From Spongospora subterranea f. sp. subterranea (lineage: Eukaryota): a stretch of DNA of 20,000 nt. The translations under genes were made by a program, and so were the position numbers. Below, one piece after another: positions 12,701 through 20,000 of this stretch. The notes beneath the pieces were generated by a model. It searched no databases and was not told the origin of the DNA. It saw only the letters and a program-made list of their open reading frames with translations. The DNA lies in contig JAUGWO010000097.1 in NCBI GenBank assembly GCA_049724395.1, forward strand, positions 184,521-204,520, given 5' to 3'. The first letter of the stretch is position 1, and each line of letters begins with the position of its first letter.

Positions 12701-14970
12701 TCATCATCAAGTCGATCACCCGATTCTTCTCTTTTGAATGTCGATTGTCGAGATTATGATCATCAAGTGGATTACCCGATTCTTCTCTTTTAAAGATTGA
12801 ATATCGCCATTATCATCATCACGTGGATCACCCGATGTTTTTCTATTGAGGATTGATTATAGCCATTATCATCATCAAGTGGACTGTATTGATTGTCGAT
12901 TGTCGTCAATATCACCTTCAATGGGATCGCCCGATTCCTCTGTTTCTTTGATATTAACCGGTTGTGCCTTCTCGGACATGTGGGTAAGTGACGCCAACAT
13001 CAGCAACTTTATCATGGTCATACAGCTGTCGAAATCTTGGCCGTTTTCTTGACAAAATTCGGAGAAAGGCTGGTCCCATCTGACAGGCATTTGTCACTTC
13101 CAAATCGGATTCCGATAAAGTCCTCAAAATACATTCAAAGTTGATATAATACAAATTTCGACTGCTCGTTTTTCAACGATTCAAAACTTGCTATCATGAT
13201 TCTTCTTTGTTGATTATCGATGGTCACGACCACTATCATCAAGTAATTTGCGCTTTTGTTATCTTTGTCGATGGTTTACAAATATGAAGAAATGTAAATC
13301 GATCATGTTCATTGTGTTGAATGCCACCCATGTCAACAGCCGTCGCCGACTACCTAGGTAGTCAATATCACTGCATTTTTCAGCACATGTGGTTCATTAC
13401 AAAGTCGATTCTTTACATTATTTCAATAAAACCATTGAGGCGAAACTCCCTGGCCATGGCCTTTCACATCACCTTCATCAATGTCCAATGCGTTATATCA
13501 CATTTTCATCATGCCCATTGCAGTCAATTAGTAGAAAAAACTTCCAAGGTGAGGAATTTCAGTATTTTTACAATCAACTAGAAGACTCTGCAATCATGTT
13601 ATCTAGATTGGTGGTGATTTGTCGCAACCAAGGTAAATCACCAAATACCATCAATAATCAATACGAACTGATCAATATTCGTCACAACGCCTAGCGAGAT
13701 TACTGAAGGTTTGCCATGTAATAAAATCATATGACAACGTTCTTTGTCTTCAGACAGACAAAATTGCAACCGAGTCAAATCACAACTCCATATGATAATG
13801 TTCAAGATTATTATTGTTGAATTCCTTGACAGTTTGCTCAGGTCCGATCTCATGTTGGGTTACTGGTGGTGTTAGTGGTTGGCCGGATCTTCCTCGCAAT
13901 TGGCCCGGGTCGATCAACAAGATATCTGCCGCACCATCAAGGCTGATGGCTCGACAGGCTATTGTCCACGTTGATACAAAGTGGATCTCGGTTTGGGGAA
14001 TGTGGCGTCAGATATTGAACCAGCGACAGTTATTTTCACCAATCGGTAAAACACCAACACAAGTAGCGGCCACAAAGATTGAAATTTCCAAATCGTGATT
14101 ATCAACACTGCCAGTCGAATCAACGAAGTCATTCTTAGACTAGTTGGGAAAACCTTGACGTGTTCGGGTTATGACTGGTGTTGAAATTGCAATTTCGAAA
14201 TCTGCCCTATTTTTACCGGTTTCTTGAAAGAATTCGGCCCCCTTGATCTAGGTATTTAGTGATATAATTCCTTCTCTATAGTTCAACGAAATCCCATATG
14301 AAATCGCTATTTACGCTCCGAATTCCTGCTCGTTGAATGTGGCGAATAAGTATTTGACCTGTCTTTCCGTAGGAAAAATCGAAAGAATCAGCTAATATTG
14401 ATTCAATACCGCGGTCGCCGAATTTCAGAATACCCTCAATGAACTGATTAGGAATTCCTCGACGATAAGATTTATTCGCTTCAGCGACTCCTGATCCATG
14501 TTTGAATATCTGATGGGGATCTCTGTCTCAACGGCCTCAGTGATAAAGATCGGGCAGAAAATGAATATTGTTATAGTTGTGATACAATCGCACGAATAAT
14601 GGGAAATGATCAAGAAGTTGATACGTCCTCCTCGTCTTTGACGTAAGCTTTAATATTGCCAGTTGTATTGTTCATCTTGTAATCAATGGATTTGGCTCTT
14701 CGTTGATGTTTATGGTTATTTGAGTGAAGTTCTGGGTCTGCAGCCATACGAATACCCACGTTGACAAATCAGACCTTGCTTGAAACAATACGTTCTAGTA
14801 TTGATCGACTTTCGTTTGTTTGGGTCAAGTTTCATTGATAACCAGTTTCAGTCCTCAAAATTATCAATCAATTGTTTCGGCTTCGCCGCCAATATTAACG
14901 CGAAATTTAATCGTCAATGGACAAAACAAAGTAAACCTCTGAAATTTGTACGGGAAGTCAACCGGCGATT
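12700..14970 (-). pseudogene. Decayed, apparently intronless protein-coding relic of unknown family
   Basis: Long protein-like stretches in minus frames broken by sparse stops and frameshifts. Examples: MDQESLKRINLIVEEFL; LKFGDRGIESILADSFDFSYG...FIWDFVEL*RRNYITKYLDQGAEFFQ...; NHDLEISIFVAATCVGVLPIG; MPVRWDQPFSEFCQENGQDFDSCMTMIKLLML. Family not recognised and boundaries approximate. Confidence 0.45.
12701..12945. repeat. Degenerate ~57-bp repeats (ATCATCAAGTGGATCACCCGATTC core)
   Basis: Related cores recur near 12703, 12760, 12815, 12871 and partially 12925. On the minus strand they encode EESGD(P/R)(L/I)DDD-like acidic repeats. Confidence 0.7.
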
Positions 14971-15688
14971 GGAAATATGAACAGCTCACGGTTCGACAAC
15001 GGAACAAGTTCAGGTCGGGCCTAGAAAAGTGTCAAACCACGATGCATTTGACTTTGTGTGCGGATGATGATGCTATTTAGCCCAAGCAAATCATTAAATA
15101 TTTTTCGCTGATCAGGGAAATATATAATGAGATCTTCGGAAATTGACGAATATGTCAGGCGGCCTTACTCATTATTTTCGGGGAGAGTCTCATAATTACT
15201 CCAGGACAAATGAATGAATATTCGAATTTAAACGACATTGCACGATGCAAGGGGACAATCACACCTACCAATTGCGAATCGAGGATTGGGTGATTGTGGA
15301 CAGATTTCATTTCATCCATCCACTTGCATTCGGCGACACTCCATTCAACTTGACGAAACCCGATTCTTTCCGGTAATTATCAACGCCAATGTCATTTTTG
15401 TTCAATTAAAATGAAGGGCTCTAAACACTAGACTCAAGTCCACGCTGCAAACATCGTCATTAGATCATTCAAAAAAACAATGCTCTGATCATCTCCGCTC
15501 TCGCCATCGGATTCTTCGCCAGACGACAACTGATTGACCAACCGACTCCCATCTGTTATTGGTCAGTCCTTAGATGTTGATGTTGTTGGGTTTGCCGTCG
15601 ACCCGTAATAACGAACCTATCTTGACAACATATCGCTCAATCCGGCGACCTCTAACAATCTTGTCAAACTCACCGGCTCAAATTGTCG

Positions 15689-16205
15689 CTAATACCTGAC
15701 GTTGCCGGGCATTACAATTACCGATAGTCCATTTATCCAAAAAGGGGATTTTTCAATTAGAGGTCCAACGAATTTGCCATGTGAAATTTGATGGAACGTC
15801 CAGGGCCGGCATCGATCGGTTGAACCATATGAGTAAGAGGTGAAGGATAAAAGAACAGATTTCCAAACTGATCTTCCATTGCTTTTCGCAAATTCCGAGT
15901 AATGTTGCGCTTTGAGGTTGTCGCATAAAAAGAGACGGCTGTCCAAACGGGAGCGGAACCTAGTCAAAACTGACCACGCCCCTCTTAGCGCAATGACCGA
16001 AATCCGGGTCAATATGTGGTTCTTGACAGAATAAGGACAGCAATTCCCTTTGGAATCGATAAATGACGGGTATGGGGCGCGTTGTGACCGTCTGCCAGTT
16101 TTCGATTCGATGAACGTCGGATTGAAAACCCAGATCGGATAAGGAACCCAGTGTAGTAAGTTCATTGATGTCGACTGTCCTCAAACAGTCGCTGAGCGAG
16201 GACAA
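15689..16205 (-). pseudogene. Possible decayed coding fragment, unassigned
   Basis: Two overlapping minus-strand ORFs (158 and 81 codons) in the repeat-rich compartment. No recognisable motif. Confidence 0.2.
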
Positions 16206-16304
16206 TGAACGCCAATGACTTCAGATCCATTGTTCTTAATGAAACTCTGACCGAAATATATGTGAACCGTTGATTACACCTGTTTGTTAGCAAAGCCTCA
16301 CCTC

Positions 16305-16645
16305 CGCATCAGATCTGGGTCCCTACCGAATCTCTTCGTTTGCGCATTCGTATCATTGCTCATTGTGGAATCTCAGGGCACCAAAGTTTCGAGCGGACAA
16401 AGGCAGCAATTTTGAAATTGTTTTTTTTGGCCCTCAGCTCAAACATCCATTCAAAATTTTGTTGACAAGTGCCTCCATTGTGTGCGTTTGAAAGGAAAAG
16501 TAGTTCCTCGCCCTTTTGGCTATGCGACACATCGGTCTAAGCCAAATGACGTGATCCACTATGATTTTTCATTTATCATAAAGCCAAAAACATCATGGTC
16601 GCACAAGTACGCCTATGTCCTTGTTGTAAAAGATGATTTTTTAGC
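16305..16645 (+). mobile_element. Ty3/Gypsy integrase fragment (HHCC zinc-binding domain plus start of catalytic core)
   Basis: QIWVPTESLRLRIRIIAHCGISGHQSFERT, a frameshift in the T-run near 16420, then WPSAQTSIQNFVDKCLHCVRLKGKVVPRPFG...PNDVIHYDF...YVLVVKDDF. Clearly homologous to the minus-strand integrase at 17090-17370. Confidence 0.88.
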
Positions 16646-16699
16646 AATTTTGTTGAACTCATTCCATCGACTTCAACCGAGAGTCAATCGAAACAATCA

Positions 16700-16966
16700 C
16701 TATTCCTGGACGATTCTAACTTGGTTAAATCCCAGCTCGACTTCCTTCTGGTCGAAGAGGCAGACCCGCCAGGCCACCGACAGATTAGGTGACGATAGGA
16801 CGAAAGGAAGTGCAGGTGCGGTCAAGGCGGCTGGATCTGAGGGCAGTGTGCCAACCACACGACCAATTATCGAGCGATTCAACGCGGAGACCTCTGATTC
16901 GTCAATCGCGCCGGCATTGAGCAGGGCGTTCATCTCCTTCAGCTGATCGATAAACGACTCCGACAT
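16700..16966 (-). CDS. Short or truncated ORF with an N-terminal SHOCT-like motif
   Basis: MSESFIDQLKEMNALLNAGAIDESEVSALNRSII resembles the SHOCT pattern (L..L..L...G.I.E.E....K..I). The 88-codon ORF ends next to the plus-strand integrase fragment. Confidence 0.4.
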   Translation of the reverse strand: MSESFIDQLKEMNALLNAGAIDESEVSALNRSIIGRVVGTLPSDPAALTAPALPFVLSSPNLSVAWRVCLFDQKEVELGFNQVRIVQE

Positions 16967-17084
16967 GAAACGGCAATGACGTTAGACGTGCAATGGATAC
17001 TGTGTTGAGAACGATGTGGCCAGAAATATCCCCATAACATCATTTTATTGAGACTTCTTCGCTGAAATTGGGGGTGTCGCCCTT

Positions 17085-20000
17085 CGCCTTCATCTTGTCC
17101 ATGAAAAGAAAATCGTAATGTAACAGCTTATTAGGTCGGTCTGCATGTAATGCTTCCCCAAATGGCCTCGGTATCACAGTTCCTTTGTTCGCTTCACAAT
17201 GTAAGCACTCCCGTACAAATTTCAGGATATCGTTTTTTATGTTTTTCCACCAGAACCTTGCTTTCACGGCAATGTCGCCTCGACTCTTCGATGTCCTGCG
17301 CTGCTGCTGTGGGCAATGATCATAATCCTCACTGCCAACTCTTCTGATGGAATCCAAATCTTCCCTTTCGCGGTCTTGAAGACATCGTTATTATCGGCAT
17401 GTACACCGTCTTTCATGGTATCGCTGAAAATATGCTCCTTGTACACGTTCTGAATCGCCATAATTTCGCCCAGATCGGGCCAGACAAACGTAGTCACATG
17501 CAAAGGTCGAACCCTTTGATTGATTGAAACATCTTCAATAGCAGCGGCTCGGCCTTCCATCTCTGCATGTTGTGCCCATCGCGTTAGTAGATCAGCCCAT
17601 ACGTTGTCAGATCCTGAAATATGACGAATGCTATACTTGTAAGCTAAAAGTTTGGTGGCCCACCGCTCGAGCCTGTCGCAAAGGTGCCTTCCCTTCTCGC
17701 TTGCCCTTTCCGACGGGTCCAAGATATACACTAGGTTTCGATGATCCGTGAATATCACGAATCCTTTCTCTCTTAACAGAAAATGTCTTAAACGCCCAAC
17801 CGCCTCGATGATTGGGAATGCCTCTTTCTCAATCGTCGACCATAGGAGGGACGCCCCTTCCGCTAAGAAAAACCAATGTCGCATGTCGCTGTTAACTAAT
17901 ATCCTCCAGGCCAATATCCTCTTCTGGCACTTGTGTCAGCACGACGGCCCAATGTTGGTCGCTAGCGTCAGTAAATAAACAGAACGGTTTGTCGGCATCT
18001 GGATGTGCCAGCTCCACAACGTTGGCCACAACCTCTTTTGCGTGTTGGAAGCTGTGTCGATGCTGCTCATCCCATCCTATCTCCGATAGTTTTACCTTGT
18101 TCATCACATTCCTCTTACTAGACCAAGCGATCTTCATAGCTTCATTTTTCGCTTCTTGTAAGAAATGGATATGCTTCGTGAACTCAGGAATGGCGACCGG
18201 AGCCATCCTAATGCACAGATAAACTGCTGCAGTTCTCCATCGTTCTGCGGCTCCTCCATATTTTTCAATGATTCAACCAGCGTAGGGTCGGGTCGAATCG
18301 AATGCCTGTACCAGAGATAATTCTCCCACACCAATGGACTTCCCGGTTAAATTAATCACAGCGACGTGCATTCAACTTTATCCCGAATAAGTCCAAACGC
18401 TTAAACACCAGACGTAAATTTTCAAGCGACTCTTGAACAGTAGGTGCAAAAATTAACAAATCATCGATCCACAACAGGGTGTTCTTATGAAGATAGACAC
18501 CAAGTGCCTCCTGCATCCCCGCTTGGAAGCATGCGACAGCATCTGTGGCTCCCTGAACCACTCTAGTCGGTGTGTAGACGTCTTCATCAGTCATAAATGA
18601 CAGTAGCTCCTGTGATTCTTCTGCAAGAGGGAACTGCCGATACCCTTTGTAAGCGTCCAGCGTTGCGAAGTAACTGGCCCCGGCTAGTCGCCCCATCACG
18701 ATTTCCAGTGACGACATCGGCCAGGCTACAGGTTCGGTGTCTGCATTGATTCCTCGGAGGTCCACCGTCATTCGGTATCCACGATTGTTAGGTTTCGAGA
18801 CTAACAGCACTGATGAGGTGTATCTTGATCGGATGTTTCTATAAACATAACCGTTAGTTTCCAGTTCCTTCACAAATTCACGTAGAAAGTCAGAGTACCT
18901 AAGAGGGTGTCGTCTCGGATTGCATCTTCGCGGCCGTGACCCTTCCTTAAGATGGATTCTTATCGGTCGGACATTGGCCGGAGGGTCGGCTCCCAAACGA
19001 ACTCGAAACAGATCGGGAACTTGATCAATGATTGCCTTCAGGGCTTCCATCGTCGCGTCATCGGCACCATTCCCACCGGTCCGTCTAATCATCTCTCGCT
19101 TCGCATCCTCGAGATCCTCTGAGCCTTCGCCAGTGTGGTCAGCCTTCATATCGTCATCTGCTGCAATTAATATCTTTGCGGCGGCGTAGCTTTCAGCTTC
19201 GCTATCCTCAGTTTGATGTCGGATCAATTTCTCAAGCGCTGTCGTCGGATCGATCCCCAGACAGGTAAGCACCGGCCTTTCAATTAAAACAGTTTCCATC
19301 TCTGCATCCATAACCCAGCATCGCACTAGTGGCAGTGTGATGTCTCCAACCGCCGTCCCGATAGTGACAGGGATATCAACGAATCCCCTGACAATCGGCG
19401 CAATTCCATCACAGCTGGCCCTTTTCGCCGCGAACTGAACCTTGATCACTTGATGGACGAGCTACACTTTAGGGTTCTTGCTTTGAATCTCCTTCAGCAA
19501 CGACCCTGGAATATATGTATGATCCTCCCCACTATCAAGTTGAGTTGGATACTGGCACCCTTGTCCAAAACCCCGACTGTTTCTTCCTCTTCTCGACGCG
19601 TAACTTCTCCGCTCGAGTCTCCACTTTGCCCAACGCCTTCTTGTTCTTGAATTCGGCGATTAACTTTTCCCGCTCTTCCTTGGTGATTCTCTGCTGGCAT
19701 TCAGAAAGCCAGTGGGCCCCTCCACATTTCAGACATCCATCAGTAGGCTTCTCTGTCCTTGGCTTCCATGAATCCTTCCAGTACTTGCTCGTGACATTGT
19801 TTGAAGCCCCTCTGTTAATCACCCTAGTGGACTCGTGACCGTTAGACTTCTTGTCCTGTTTCTCCTGATCCCCTTTTATGTGGCGTTCGCCACCGTGTAA
19901 ATGTCGATGCCCGATGAACCTCGTCCTGGTTTGTAACGATTCTTAGAAGTACGTCGAACAACTCTCGGCAGTCTTTGCGAGCTTTTCGATGGTTGAACTT
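17085..20000 (-). mobile_element. Degenerate Ty3/Gypsy LTR-retrotransposon gag-pol (Gag zinc knuckle, protease, RT, RNase H, truncated integrase); continues past the window end
   Basis: Gag CCHC CLKCGGAHWLSEC (~19700-19740). Protease LDSG at 19539-19528, in frame with RT but followed by TAG at 19464-19462. RT motifs YRMTVDLRGIN, FATLDAYKGYRQ, and LWIDD (WIDD at 18471-18460). RNase H motifs FTDASD, STIEKEAFPI, FTDHRNL, NVWADLLTR. Integrase AHSSSAGH...FWWKN...CLHC...LHYDFLFM. The domain order PR-RT-RH-IN is Gypsy-type. Several frameshifts. Confidence 0.95.

Noticed and set aside
16970..17040. LTR start (TGTTATGGGG on the minus strand at 17039)
   Set aside because: No polypurine tract, second LTR copy or target-site duplication visible in the window.

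Overview
Compact eukaryotic (protist-like) genomic DNA with very short GT-AG introns (about 47-71 nt), split into two compartments. Bases 1-10.7 kb are gene-dense. They hold the 3' part of an importin-alpha-like ARM-repeat gene (+), a 15-exon PRP43/DHX15 DEAH helicase (-), a NOP15/NIFK-like RRM gene (-), a 7-exon bacterial-type acetylpolyamine amidohydrolase/HDAC-family gene (+), SF3A2/PRP11 (-), and a cryptic multi-exon RING-finger gene (-) that only appears after manual splicing. Bases 10717-12700 are a 27-copy, 74-bp tandem array. On the minus strand each unit reads as a complete GT...AG intron-like segment, and the array directly abuts the 5'-most recognisable exon of the RING gene. Bases 12.7-20 kb are decayed DNA: a stop-riddled, apparently intronless ORF relic, a SHOCT-like ORF fragment, a second integrase fragment, and a frameshifted Ty3/Gypsy gag-pol. 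Taxonomy is not determinable with certainty. The intron size and Gypsy type are reminiscent of plasmodiophorid or oomycete-like protists (inference). All exon structures were derived by hand from splice signals and conceptual translation.
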